A stretch of DNA of 64,000 nt, from contig OZ024742.1 of assembly GCA_964016885.1 (NCBI GenBank), forward strand, positions 50,840,001 to 50,904,000, read 5' to 3'. Shown one piece after another: positions 1 to 15,863 of the stretch. The notes beneath the pieces are model-generated. The model was not told the DNA's origin. It ran no database searches and saw only the letters and a program-made list of their open reading frames with translations. This stretch comes from Eledone cirrhosa (lineage: Eukaryota). Numbering within the stretch: position 1 is the stretch's first letter; each line of letters begins with the position of its first letter. Position numbers and translations under genes: made by a program.

Positions 1-500
1 ACCCCTTCTTGAAAATGCAAATCCGTTTTTCCCCCAACCCTTACTTTCACATACACACACACACACACACACGCACACCTACACACACACACCACCTTCA
101 GCCCTCCCCGCTCGGACACCCCGTCTCCCTCTCCCCACTCCACCCGCCACCACCCCTACTCACCCCACACCCTTCCACCACCTGTTTACCCCCCTTTTAA
201 TTTCAGTTTATTTTGATCATGCCTATATTTTTAAATTTTCTCATTCCTTGTATTTTGATCATGCTTTATTTTTATTTTTTATCTTTATTTGTTTTTTTTC
301 ATTCGCACCGTTTCCTTTCGCTATATGTCTCTCCACCACTCCCCTACACACCTTTTGAACTCTGTTCCCACACACTTCTCCCCTGAGGAAGGGCTTATGC
401 CCGAAACGTCGTCCCCCACCTACCCCCACTCTCCTGAGCGTGAAATTAATAAACATTTATTGTACTGCCTCTCTGTTTTGTCCCTGTTCAAATTTTTCCA
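1..500 (+). mobile_element. C-rich 3' tail/pLTR remnant of a PLE-type element ending in (TA)n
   Basis: Minimal HHR-like motif CTGAGGA-AGGGC-TTAT-GCCC-GAAAC-GTC at 383-410 (stem I weak), then AATAAA and a TA tract. Confidence 0.5.
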
Positions 501-545
501 TTATATATATATATAGATATATATATATATATACATATGTATATA

Positions 546-1886
<1,341 letters not shown>

Positions 1887-1934
1887 ATATATATTTGAGA
1901 ATTTATGTAGGTATATATATATATATATATATAT

Positions 1935-2797
<863 letters not shown>

Positions 2798-4587
2798 TAC
2801 AGAAGTAACCGATAAGGTTGTTTGTTACGTATACATCTCGCTTCCGCTGAGTTTACTTCCACATGCTTCAGCCACAAACTTACAGATTCATAGCGAAAGG
2901 CCTTCAAATATTTTTCAGGTACACCTCGTATATATATTCGATATTCAACATATACATGTGTATAAAGCTGTACTGGAGCCCCAATACTATTTCCGTTTAC
3001 TCGAGCAGGCTACCGTTCCATTGGCAATTAAGACTCAAGATCTCATATACATGACAGAAAAATCATTATGATCGTAGCTTATTTTTATAACAGCAGATCC
3101 CTAATGGATACGTAATTTTGACAACCACCAAAATGCCAGACACAACGCTGTCGGTTAATTCCTCTTGGTCTTGCTGTGAAAAGAATATGTGACTTTGGAC
3201 ACGACTGTAAAAATTCAAAGTGAAAGGCTCTCAGATATTTGCATAAACATCTCCACTATTAGTCGATATACAACACGTACTCACACATAGGCACACACGC
3301 ACACACACGCACACACACACACACATATATATATTTTTATATATATATATATATGGTGGCTGCCAACTCGTTTTCGAGTACGGCCACTACTTTATATCCA
3401 TGTAGGAGAACCTCTACCGATGCGCTGAACGAGTGTGACATTTTAGTCCAGCTACCGACTTGAAAACTCTGGTACAAACACTACACTTGTGACAATTATT
3501 GACACATAGTGCTGGGCCCATGGTACCATGTGACGACAAGTGCAGAGAGATCTCCAGATGTAAATCAATGCCTGTGCTGTGAAGCTTTTATAGTGAGCAA
3601 AGGCACTGCATAAAGCCAGTCCCACTCTCTTAACCAAGATGATATTTACCAAAAAGAAGAACAAGTCAACATCATTGGATACCATCATGGTTGCAGGTGT
3701 TATATCAGAGTTTTCCTTCTCCGAGAATTCTGCCATATATATATATATGACAAGAGCTTACGTTTGTGCACGTGTGAATGCTTATGAATATCTACAAAAT
3801 CCTTACGTACATCAATTATGTACACATGCATATATATAGAGAGAGAACTACATGTATCTGCATTCCCATTGATAAACATCAAAAGACTATGTCAAGCCGG
3901 TATTACATGTAGAAATAGAAAAAGGAATCTGCAAAAAAATTAGTCTTACCGAACAGTGAGAGATTAACTAAGGTTATTCGTGATAGAATGTGTTAGGTAT
4001 ATTTTATGGAAAAAGCAATTGCGATGACGCCAGGTATCTTGACGAGTAGAAACATAACGAAATAAACATAAAAATGGATACCTGCGTAGATGCATAGACA
4101 GATTATATAGATTACTAGACTGCTACAGGAATTGATATTCAGTTTTCTAAGTAACTCTACCTTTAGACTCAATTTTGTACAAACAATGAAAGCATTCTTA
4201 CTGATTTTTAGCAGTTAAGCGGGAAGATCATAATCTAGAGTTATTTTTATTTCTGTTGCAGTTGTCATGCTTGATGTACAAACGACCTAAACTCGATATC
4301 ATATTTCACCTGGATGGTTAACGTCACCCAAGTTGCATATGCCTTCCATATTCATATATTATAAACTACTTGCTCTGCTATCTTTCTTATCACATGTGAG
4401 GATGATTTAGGAGGTTTAATGCTATATATAAGCATGGATAGTTGCAGCGTTATATCTAAACTTACAAACTAAATGTATGCAAAATTATTTTTATAGTTTT
4501 GGGATCAATTACTAGTATAATTACAATTATGAACATGATCAAACCCTTCTTGGGTGAATTATATATTTAAAAAAAATTACGTTAATA

Positions 4588-4769
4588 ATAATTGTTTCTA
4601 CTTTTGGAACAAGGCCAGCAGTTAATCCAGTGTATTACTGGTATTTTATTTTATTGACCCCGTAAGGATGAAAGGCAAAGTTAACCTCGGTGGGATTTGA
4701 ACTCAGTCATAAAGGGCCGTAACTTGTGCTGCAAAAGCATGGCGTCCGATCCTCTGCCGATACTGCCAA
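4588..4769 (-). mobile_element. tRNA-derived SINE (octopus-type)
   Basis: Reverse strand has an A box (TGGCAGTATCGG), a B box (GAGTTCAAATCC), the central GCCTTTCATCCTTACGGGGTCAATAAAAT..TACCAG motif and the tail CCTTGT..AAAAGTAGAAACAATTATT. About 10 copies in the window. Confidence 0.85.
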
Positions 4770-4974
4770 AATAGTATATCACCCGTTATTTTGTTGGCGA
4801 AATAATTAATATACGAATTCATCACCCAAATGTAACAAAGATGTTCCTGTATTATGCCTTTTCGATATCTATAAACCAAGAATACACTTCCTGACAGTAC
4901 TTCCTCAAAGTCATGCTACAGTGCTAATATTTGGTCGGTTTTGATGCATCCACATTGTGGAGATCTGAAATAAG

Positions 4975-5190
4975 GATATTGGACTTACGATCATTATGTA
5001 GTGGTTTCGATTCCTGGAATGGGTTGTGTTCTGTATTCTTGAGCAAAAGACTCCCGTTGCTCTAGTCGTCTCAACTGAAAATGAGCACCAGCAGCAGCTG
5101 GGGTTTTAACAATGTGAATGACTGGCGTCCTATCCAGGAGTCAGTCATGTACTCTCATTCGCTTAACGGCATGCACACCGGATAAATAGC
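4975..5190 (+). mobile_element. Degenerate second tRNA-derived SINE (CORE/V-SINE-like)
   Basis: B-box-like GGTTTCGATTCC, then TTCTTGAGCAAAAGAC..CTCAACTGAAAATGAG and GACTGGCGTCCTATCCAGG motifs typical of these SINE bodies. Confidence 0.5.
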
Positions 5191-5510
5191 ATATAGGTAA
5201 ATATAAACCGAAGTGTAAAAGGAGTACAAAGTTTTTTCAAAGAAGAATTTTCATTTATCCAATAAGGCAAACATTGTAGAAAAGCATGTAAGTCGCAACA
5301 TCAATTTGATTGCGACTTCTTATGTATGGTTAAAATAACCATCATTTGACATGTCTTCTATATTGCATCATAATATTTACTTACAAAATGAGAATATATC
5401 AATATTTATTAGTTGAATATTTAAATAATAGATGAAAGGTTAAGACAGCATGTTTCAAGTGATTGCTGAAATCATCTGAGAATAATATTCCATCACAACT
5501 CTAATTATAG

Positions 5511-5582
5511 TGGTGGGATTTCAGCAGTTCAAGATGTAAAGTTTACGGCACGGCTGTCATGCCAGGAGCTTCTGAGCGCGAG
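5511..5582 (+). CDS. Candidate internal coding exon of an unidentified host gene (WWDFSSSRCKVYGTAVMPGASERE)
   Basis: 72-nt GC-richer island bounded by TATAG and GTAAAT, open in phase 0, in otherwise AT-rich non-repetitive DNA. Confidence 0.35.
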
Positions 5583-6236
5583 GTAAATATGACAGATATC
5601 AAATACTACGTTAGATATAACTTTGTTAACGCTTTATTAGTTTCTTGAAGCCTAGGGATAGTTTTAAGACAATACGATTTATCGAAATGCCAATTAATAT
5701 CTAGATTTTAGATTACATTCAATTATGAGAATAGAATTATACATGAGACTTGGAGATATTAATAATCATTATAACTTTGTGCATATGTATTAAATAAGGA
5801 ATTTTGTGTGCATTATTTTTAACTTAACAGCCGATGTATTTCCCTCGCTTCAAAATTGATGCTGATTAAATCATGTTAGTATTAATATAATGAAGTAAAC
5901 ATTATTTCGAAAAGATCACATATATTATCAATATTCTTGACGGCAGTATTCCGAATTAAATAATATTTAATCGACACCTTTAATTTAGAGCAATGTTTCG
6001 TTATTAATGCATTCTTATAACGCCCAGATATACCCGTTATACTTAACAAAACGCCTATTTGTATGACACGTGCATACATAATCCTAGAAAGGCATATATA
6101 ATTATGCTAATAAAAATGTTTCATTAAACTTTATCTTACACGTTATAATTTATAGATACTTTCGAAAACTAAAAGTTTAACTTTTAGAAGAAGTATCAAA
6201 CATCTAAAAGACGTGAAATTACATAGCACACACCTA

Positions 6237-6295
<59 letters not shown>

Positions 6296-6321
6296 CATAA
6301 AGGAGGCATACGTGGATTTGT

Positions 6322-6507
6322 ATTGGATTTGTACGTGTGTTATATAGTTATAAAGGTATTTATTTACGCTTTAATTTATATTTTTAATTATCGTGTCTAT
6401 AGTCTGCCTTTCATAGGTTATAGATTCCATACACTGGTGGTTTTTTCCCTGTATTATTGATAACGCACTATATATCTCTCTCTGGTGTGTTATCTTCTCA
6501 ACATATT

Positions 6508-6510
<3 letters not shown>
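6322..6510 (+). mobile_element. Fragment of HHR element family C
   Basis: Close match to 48992-49175 (GGATTTGTACGTGTGTTATATAG...); ends in a TA tract. Confidence 0.8.
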
Positions 6511-6539
<29 letters not shown>

Positions 6540-6600
6540 TATTTTAATGTATATATTAATTCAAAATATTAACAAATATAGACATTCGTGTGATTCAGTA

Positions 6601-6667
6601 TATTTTATTATACATATTTCAGAAGTACTGAGCTATCTTCAAAAGGACGTCCTCATCAGATAAAATA
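6601..6667 (-). ncRNA. Type I hammerhead ribozyme in PLE-B pLTR
   Basis: Reverse strand: TATTTTAT-CTGATGA-stem II-GAAA-TATGTA-TA-ATAAAATA, with an 8-bp stem I. Confidence 0.75.
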
Positions 6668-8699
6668 AGATGATGCTTGACATACCTTGACTATGTAGAT
6701 GGTTAAATTTCAGTCATGGCAGTGAAGAAGTTAGGACTAAACTCAATATTTATATACCTTAATATTGAGTCATGAAAGAATTACATATAATACAGAGGGT
6801 GCGTGTGGAAAGCTTATAAAGATACATAATAAAAAAACAACTACTAATATAATATAAACCTATATAACTGTTAGAAATTTAAATAATTTAAATAAAGTAA
6901 TATATGGATAACACATTATTGTAGAAAGAGGAACTGAAAGAGAAAGAGAGAAACAGATGAGGAAAGAGAGAATGACTAAAAGTATAGAATTATCTTATGC
7001 ACGAATGCAAAATAAAATAGATTAAGGATAGAGAGGAGAGGAGAAAAAAAATTATAGTATAAAACATAGGGAGGGAGATTTGTATTGCCATGGATAAACA
7101 GCGTATAACTAGATGTTGTAAATATATATATATAAATATATATTTGGGCATAGCTTGGTGAATGAATAATTTCGAATTATTTAGAAATAGTGAATCAATC
7201 AAAATAGCAAATATATATCTAGGGGTAGTTATATAACGGTTTATTTTCGAATCTTTAAGTTAAGTAGAAATAGTCAATTAATCAAATTTATATATCACAG
7301 CGCATCCGGATGACCGTTAAATTTCGAATATTTATGTCAGTTAGAAATAGTGAATTAATCTAAGGGCATAGGATTTCTGATTATAAAATTTATAATGATT
7401 TATATTATAGTATAATATCATATTTAAAGTGTCTGCAAACATGACAAAAAAAAGACTTAAGATTTTCTTCATCCCGAAGGTAATCCAAATTAAATTATAT
7501 TAAAATAAAAAATTTATATTAAAGAAATGTTATATTAAAAAATAATCATTATATAATTTAGAAAATGATTACAATTATAAAGTTAAAATTAGAATGCCCT
7601 TAAGTATCCAGAGGCCATATAAGTGTACTTAAAAAGGATATTATTAAACTAGATATACGCATTTGTCTAAATTTATACAAAGAGTACATTGTTTAAAGTT
7701 TAAGACGATATTATTCAGTTATATATAATATAATAAATATAATTAATGTTAATAGTGTTATAAATAAAATGTTGCGTCAAGTATTATATTAAAAAAATAT
7801 TCAACTAGGACCATGGAAGATATATATACTATAAATATACAAATCAAACTTCTTGAATCATAAAATACAGATTCAAATTAAATAAATAAATGGTTTGCGA
7901 GACACTATAAGTATCAAATATATAAGCTATATGATTTACAAATACCAGAAAAATGTTGAAGGATTTATAATATAGTATGATATCATATTTAAAGTGTTTG
8001 CAAACATTAGAAAGAAAAGACTTAAGATTTTCATCAACCCGAAGGTAATCCAAATTTAATTATATTAAAATATTATATTAAAAAATAATCATTATATAAT
8101 TTATAAAATAATTAACAATTATAAAAGAATTATAATGCCCTTAAGTATCCAAAGGCCATATAAATGTATTTACTAAATGATATTATTAAACTAGAAATAC
8201 GCATTTGTATAAATGTATACAGAGTATACTGTTTAAAGTTTAAGACGATATTAGTAAATTATATAAATATAATAAATATAATTACTGTTAATAGTGTTAT
8301 AAATAAAGTTCTACATCAAGTTAAGTGGAAAAAGTTAGTCAACTAGGATCGTGTAAGACACATATACTATAAATATACAAATCAAACTACTCCAATCTTA
8401 AAACAAAATATTCAAAATAAATAAATGAATGGTTTACGATTCCACATAATTGTCAAACATATAAGCTATATAATTTAAAAATACAATAAACCTCGAAAAT
8501 GTAAATGTATTTAAACAATCAAATGATATGCATACTCATCAAAAGATTATGTTGACAATTTATATGTTTATGTAGAACACTTAATCCAACATTAATCATA
8601 TCTTAAATAATAAAAATTATTAGAAGGTTTTATAATCTTTTATAATGTCGTTTTACGCACTCAGTTGATAATAAACGTCAAAATCAAAACATCTTTATT

Positions 8700-10632
8700 C
8701 AATGTTTTTTCAATGTTTTTTCCTGTCTTTTTGTGAGGCTTGGAATGTAGAAGAAGCTTTATGTAAGCAATTTGAGAATAATTCATTTTTTGGGGTAATT
8801 AAATTATCATAATTATTAATAAATAATAGGGTCTCCATAGTACACAGCTTGCAGTTAGCCGATATTGAAGAATTCAAGTAGATTTCACCATTACACAGCT
8901 TGGACCAAGAAATCGAGTATTTTAAATTTTTGTATTTTAATGACCATATAAGTTGTGATAAAGAGGTCGAAAGATTCCTATTAGGATTCGAGAATGAATA
9001 TTTGTGATTCGAAAATCTTAATTTAAATGTCGATGAAGTTGCACCAGTATAGTTGTATGTGATGTTATTTGCTTTTACGGTGCATGTATAGACCGGATTG
9101 CTATCCAGAAAATTATTTTGCAGAGGGCAATTTGAGGGCTGTTTCTACACTTACATTTCGATTTATTGTTATTACTATAATTTGAACAATTGACGGTAAC
9201 ATTGCTAGTATTTGGAAGTGTTCTATTGATAGTGCTTAAATTAATATTATTGTTATTCCCAGTATTAATATTGTTAGTGTTAATATATTCATTATCCCTA
9301 ATTGTTTGTTGGTTATGATTTAGAATTCTACTATTTATTTTTGCAATGTTCTGGGCCATATTCATAGTTGTAGAATAAGAATACTTAATTGTGTGTCTGT
9401 TCAATATGGAACGGTATTTATGTTTTTTGGGAAAATATTTATCTAAAGCCTTAAAGAATAGATTTGGCAGTGGTGTTTTCATTGCAACAGACGCGGGAGG
9501 AGCAAACCATATAATTGATTTGGTTTTGATTTTTTCCCCGATTTATTCACGGCATTGGTGTTTGTATTTATATTTAAAGACTTTGTAGGATCTAGTTTAT
9601 TTATGTTAGTCTTATTTTCACCCGGATTATAATTCAAATTAGTACTATCTATATATTCAATATTATTGTTATAACCTGACTTACGTAGCGCGTCAATATA
9701 GTATTCTGCTTTTTCATCAAATATGGATCTATTAGCTGATATTCTAGTTGTGCGTTTCTGTACAATATTGACTATTGCATTTTTCACGGATTTAGGGTGA
9801 TTAGAGTAATAGCTAACGTAATACAAGTTTTCATTGGACTTATGGAAAGGGTAATACCATCCTGAGTTTAAGTTAAGGGTGACGACAAGGAAATTAACTA
9901 TTTCAGTACTACTTTCAACTTCTAATTTAAGGTCGTAATTTTTATAGAATTCAATAATAGTTTTCTTAACCTTATTTAGTTCTGTATTGTTATGCTTGAC
10001 AACAGTACATAAAATATCGTCCCTATATAAACCACCGGGAATCTCCGGCAGTTTTCTATTTACCATATTTAGGATAAAAATACCCAGAAGCTCGGTAAGC
10101 TGCGCAGAGTCCGATAATCCCATGGTAATGTCAATATTTCTATTCCTATCTGAAAGGGTTCAATACTCATTGTTAAAATTAATTAGAGTTCTTCTAGCAG
10201 TTAATATGATATTGATTTCATCTGCAGTTAGATCTGTATGTTTGTAAGCATAAGACAAAGCCTTATTTAATAGGTTAGATGTAATAGAAGAATAATAACT
10301 TGCTATGTCCATTTGAATGAATTTGTGATTTTTCATATTTTCTATATATTTAAACCAGTCAATTACTTCATTAGTGTCCTTCCATGAGCTAAATTTTGAC
10401 TTCAATTTCAGAGTTGGTAAAATTCTGTCTATAATATTCTTACTGATTACTCCAATATCAGATTTATATAGAGCTATTAGTCTAACCGGCAAGTCTTCCT
10501 CAAAGTTTCTCTAGTGATCCTTAAAATTTATCCTCGGTTGTCTAGGTATAACATGCTCGGTTCTTCTTTCAATTCCAAGTTTGGCTATTAATTTAAATGC
10601 GTCATTATTGATGTCTATAAGATCTTCGGCCA
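8700..10632 (-). pseudogene. PLE RT + GIY-YIG ORF, frameshifted
   Basis: ORFs 10160-10492, 9479-10123 and 9075-9482 are consecutive pieces of one PLE polyprotein. Confidence 0.9.
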
Positions 10633-10708
10633 GGTTTCGTCCTAACTTATTCACTGCCATGACTGAATTTTAACCATCTACATAGTCAAGGTATTTCAAG
10701 CATCATCT

Positions 10709-10775
10709 TATTTTATCTGATGAGGACATACTGTTGAAAATAGCTCAGTACCTCTGAAATATGTATAATAAAATA
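10709..10775 (+). ncRNA. Type I hammerhead ribozyme in the 5' pLTR of PLE-B
   Basis: TATTTTAT CTGATGA GGACATACTG...CAGTACCTCT GAAA TATGTA TA ATAAAATA. Confidence 0.75.
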
Positions 10776-10970
10776 TACTTGATCACACGAATGTCTATAT
10801 TTGTTAATATTTTGAATTAATAACTCCGGAAAACCATAACTGTGGAGTTCTTCTAATCTATTTTAAAATTTTATTCATGGATTTATTCATTGAACCTTGT
10901 TTAACCTTTAAATATATCTAGCTCCCAGCAGGTTGAGCGCTTTCTCTACAATAGATTACAAATTTAATAA

Positions 10971-12541
10971 ATGATGGAGTTGTTCAGGTTCCCGACATCG
11001 CTGAAGGATATACATCTACCATCTAATGAGGAATACATGAGGAAGCTCATTGAGCCAACAAACTCTTTTATAAGAAGAGTGAGATGGCGTGCATTTCATT
11101 TCTAAAACAAAGAAGCAAAAAGGAAAAAGAACAACAATTATTTCGAAACCATCTTTACATCTAGAAAAAATCCTCCATGCAACAAACTTCTGGAGGATTT
11201 TGAAACCGAAAGGCTTAATATACTAAAGAAGATTAAATTTAAGAAAAAACATATAAAAGTCACCAATACCTTAGAAATCTGAAGGAAAAAATCTTGGATA
11301 TAAAAAAAGTTAATAAAATATTGGTGAAGTCAGACAAAACCAACAACTTATATGGGATAGATAAAACTGAATATAAAGATTTAATTTTAAAAGAACTGCG
11401 AACAAATTATAGAAAAGCCCCGGCCGAAGATCTTATAGACATCAATAATGACGCGTTTAAATTAATAGCCAAATCCGTGAAAAATGCAATAGTCAATAAT
11501 GTACAAAAACGCATAACTAGAATATCCGCTAAGAAATACATATTTGATGAAAAAGCAATATACTATAATGACGCGTTCCGTAAGACAGGTTATAAAAATA
11601 ATATTGAATATATAGATAATACTAATTTGAATTATAATCCGGGTAAAAATAAGACTAACATAAATAAACTAGATGCTAAAAATTATTTAAATATAAATAC
11701 AAACACCAATGCCGTGAATAAATCGGGTAAAATATCAGAACTAAATCAGTTATATTGTTTGCTACTCCCGCGTATGTAGCAATGAAAACACCACTGCCAA
11801 ATCTATTCTTTAAAGCTTTAGGTAAATGTTTTCCCAAAAAACATAAATACCGTTCCATATTCAACAGACACACAAATAAGCTTTCTTATTCTACAACTAT
11901 GAATATGGCCCAGAACATTGCAAAAATAAATAGTAGATTTCTAATCCATAACCAACAAACAATTAGGGATAATGAATATATTAACACTAACAATATTAAT
12001 ACTGGGAATAAAAATAGCATTAATGTAATCACTATCAATAGAACACTTCCAAGTATTAGCAATGTTAACGTAAATTGTTCAAATTATAGTAATAACAATA
12101 AATCAAATTGTAATTGTAGAATTAGATCAAATTGCCCTCTACAAAATAATTGTCTGGATAGCAATCTGGTCTATAAATGCACCGTAAAAGCAAATAATAT
12201 CACATACAACTCTATTGGTGCAACTTCATCGACATTTAAATTCAGATATTCGAATCACAAATATTCATTCTTGAATCCTAATAGGAAACTTTCGGCCTAT
12301 TTATCACAACTTATATGGTCATTAAGGACAAAAATTTAAAATACTCGATTTCTTGGACAAGTTTTGTCAAATCTACTTGAATTCTTCAATATCACCTAAC
12401 TGCAAACTTTGTACTATGGGGACCCTATTAATAATTAATAATTATGATAATTTAATTAACAAAAAAAGTAAATTATTCTCAAATTGCTTACATAAAGCTT
12501 CTACATTCCAATCCTCACAAAATATCAGGAAAAAACATTGA
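10971..12541 (+). pseudogene. PLE ORF lacking the RT core, frameshifted
   Basis: KSDKTNNLY motif, then a jump to the thumb region; CNCR..CPLQNNCL, LVYKC..SIG, CKLC. Confidence 0.85.
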
Positions 12542-14544
12542 ATAAAAAGTTTTGATTTTGACGTTTATTATCAACTGAGTGCATAAAACAATACTATAAC
12601 AGATTATAAAACATTCTAATAATTTTTATTATATAAGATATGATTAATGTTGGATTAAGGGTTCTACATAAACTTATAAACTGCCAACATGATCTTTTGA
12701 TGAGTATGCATATCATTTGATTGTTTAAATACATTTCATTTTTCGGTGTTTATTGTATTTTTAAATTATATAGCTTATATGTTTGACAATTATGTGGGAT
12801 CGTAAATCAATCATTTATTTATTTTGAATATGTTGTTTTAAGATTCAAGAAGTTTGATTTGTATATGTATAGTATATGTGTCTTACACGATCCTAGTTGA
12901 CTAACTTGTTCCACTTAACTTGATGTAAAACTTCATTTATAACACTATTAACAGTAATTATATTTATTATATTTACATAATTTATTAATATCGTATTAAA
13001 TTTTAAACAGTATACTCTGTATAAATTTAGACAAATGCGTATTTATACTTTAATAATATCCTTTTTTAAGTACATTTATATGTCCTTTGGATACTTAAGG
13101 GCATTCTAATTTTAACTTTATAATCGTTTTATAATTGTTAATTATTTTCTAAATTATATAATGATTATTTTTTAATATAATATTTTAATATAATTATATT
13201 TGGATTACCTTCGGGTTGATGAAAATGTTAAGTCTTTTCTTTCTCATGTTTGCAAACACATTAAATTCCTTCAACATTTTTCTGGTATTTTTAAATCATA
13301 TAGTTTATATATTTGACACATATAGCGTATCGCAAGCCATTCATTTATTTATTTATTTTGAATCTGCGCTTTATGATTCAAAAAGTTTGATTTGTATATT
13401 TATAGTATATATGATCTTAGTTGAATAATTTTTTAATATAATACTTGATGTAAAACTTTATTTATAACACTATTAACAGTAATTATGTTTATTATATTAT
13501 ATATAACTGAATAATATCGTCTTAAACTTTAATCAATGTACTCTTTGTATAAATTTAAACAAATGCGTATATCTAGTTTAATAATATCCTTTTGAAGTAC
13601 ATTTATATGGCCTTTGGATACTTAAAGGCATTCTAATTTTAACTTTATAATTGTAATTATTTTCTAAATTATATAATGATTATTTTTTAATATAAAATTT
13701 CTTTAATATAAAACATATAATTTAATTTGGATTACCTTCGAGATGAAGAAAATCGTAAGTCTTTTCTTTCTCATGTTTGCAAACACTTTAAATATGATAT
13801 TATACTATAATATAAAACATTATAAATTTTATAATCAGAAATCTTATGCCATTAGATTAATTCACTATATATAACTAACATAAAGATTCGAAATATAACG
13901 GTCATCCGGATGCGCTGTGATATATATATTTGATTAATTGACTATTTCTAATTAGCTTAAGGTTTAGAAAATAAACCGTCATACAACTACACCTAGATAT
14001 ATATTTACCATTTCGATTGATTGACTATTTCTAAATAATTTAACGATTCGAAATTATTCATTCACCAAGCTATGCTCTAATATATATTTATATATATATT
14101 TTTATAACATCTAATTATACGCTGATTATCCATGACAATACAAATCCCTCTCCCTATGTTTTATACTATTATTTGTTTTCTCCTCTCCTCTCTATCCTTA
14201 ATCTATTTTCTTTTGCTTTCGTGCATAAGATAATTCTATACTTCTAGTCATTCTCTCTCTTCTCATCTGTTTCTCTCTTTCTCTTTCAGTTCCTCTTTCT
14301 ATATCCATATATTACTTTATTTAAATTATTTAAATTTCTAACAGTTATGTAGGTTTATATTATATTAGTAGTTGTTTATTATTATGTATCTTTATAAGCT
14401 TTCTCACACGCACCCTCTGTATTATATGTAATATTTTCATGTCTCAATCTTAAGGTATATAAATATCGAGTTTCGTCCTAACTTATTCACTGCCACGACT
14501 GAATTTTAACCATCTACATAGTCAAGGTATGTCAAGCATCATCT

Positions 14545-14611
14545 TATTTTATCTGATGAGGACGTACTGTTGAATATATCTCAGTACCTCTGAAATATGT
14601 ATAATAAAATA
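14545..14611 (+). ncRNA. Type I hammerhead ribozyme in the 3' pLTR of PLE-B
   Basis: CTGATGA at 14553-14559, stem II GTACTG/CAGTAC, GAAA at 14592-14595, near-palindromic stem III, 8-bp stem I. Confidence 0.8.
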
Positions 14612-14767
14612 TACTTGATCACACGAATGTCTATATTTGTTAATATTTTGAATTAATATTAATAACTCCGGAAAACCATTCTTCTTGAGTGCTTCTAATC
14701 TATTATAAAACTATATACATTGATTTATTCGTTGAGGCTTGTTTAACCTTTAAATATATATATATAT

Positions 14768-15324
14768 ATTTAAAGGTTAAACAAGCTTCAACGAATAAAT
14801 CAATGAATAAAGTTTTACAATAGATTAAAAGCACTCCAGAGGAATGGTTTTCCGGAGTTATTAATATTAATTCAAAATATTAACAAAATAGACATTCGTG
14901 TGATCAAGTATATTTTATTATACATATTTCAGAGGTACTGAGATACATTCAACAGTACGTCCTCATCAGATAAAATAGGATAATGCTTGACATACATTGA
15001 CTATGTAGATGGTTAACATTCAGTCATATGAGTGAATAAGTTAGGACGAAACTCAATATTTATATACCTTAAGATTGAGGCATGAAATGATTACATATAA
15101 TACAGAGAGTGCGTGTGAGAAAGCTTATAAAGATACATAATAATAAACAACTACAAATATAATATAAACCTACATAACTGTTAGAAATTTAAATAATTTA
15201 AATAAAGTAATATATGGATATAGAAATAGGAAATGAAAGAGAAAGAGAGAAAGAGATGAGGAAAGAGAGAATGACTAGAAGTATAGAATTATCTTATGCA
15301 CGAAAGCAAAAGAAAGTAGATTAA

Positions 15325-15328
<4 letters not shown>
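14768..15328 (-). mobile_element. Third PLE-B 3' end copy, tail-to-tail with the right arm across a short (TA)n; HHR at 14911-14977 (-)
   Basis: Reverse complement of ~14190-14757. Confidence 0.85.
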
Positions 15329-15366
<38 letters not shown>

Positions 15367-15690
15367 ATACATACATACATACACACAGGCGCACACAGGT
15401 ACACGCGCGCGCACACACATATTCACAAAAACACTTACACACATATATATTTTTGTTATCTCTATTTTTAACCGTTGGTCAATCAATGATAAACATTGTT
15501 TGCCAGGTAAATTAAATATGGAGATATGAAAGATACAGAAGCGAAAACCAATCGAAACCAAACTGTGAATGTGTTTTTTTATTATTTCTGGCAATATTAT
15601 AATATGACCCTCCTCAAATATAACAATATATATATATATATATATACATAATACATATATACATACGCACATACATGTATACATACACAT

Positions 15691-15863
<173 letters not shown>

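Larger units (their letters stand above)
6545..10632 (-). mobile_element. PLE family B, left arm of an ~8-kb palindrome (5'-truncated; RT core, GIY-YIG, 2-kb AT-rich 3'UTR, pLTR)
   Basis: ORF pieces show FIQMDIASYYSSI, MGLSDSAQLTELLG, GGLYRDD and KCKCR..CP. Reverse-complementary to 11422-14660. Confidence 0.9.
10633..14757 (+). mobile_element. PLE family B, right arm: pLTR-ORF-3'UTR-pLTR with an internal deletion of the RT core
   Basis: Direct pLTR repeats at 10633-10917 and 14468-14757. N-terminus SLKDIHLPS..FIRRVRWRAFHF from ATG 10971. Deletion junction at ~11473. GIY-YIG region ends at 12541. Confidence 0.9.
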
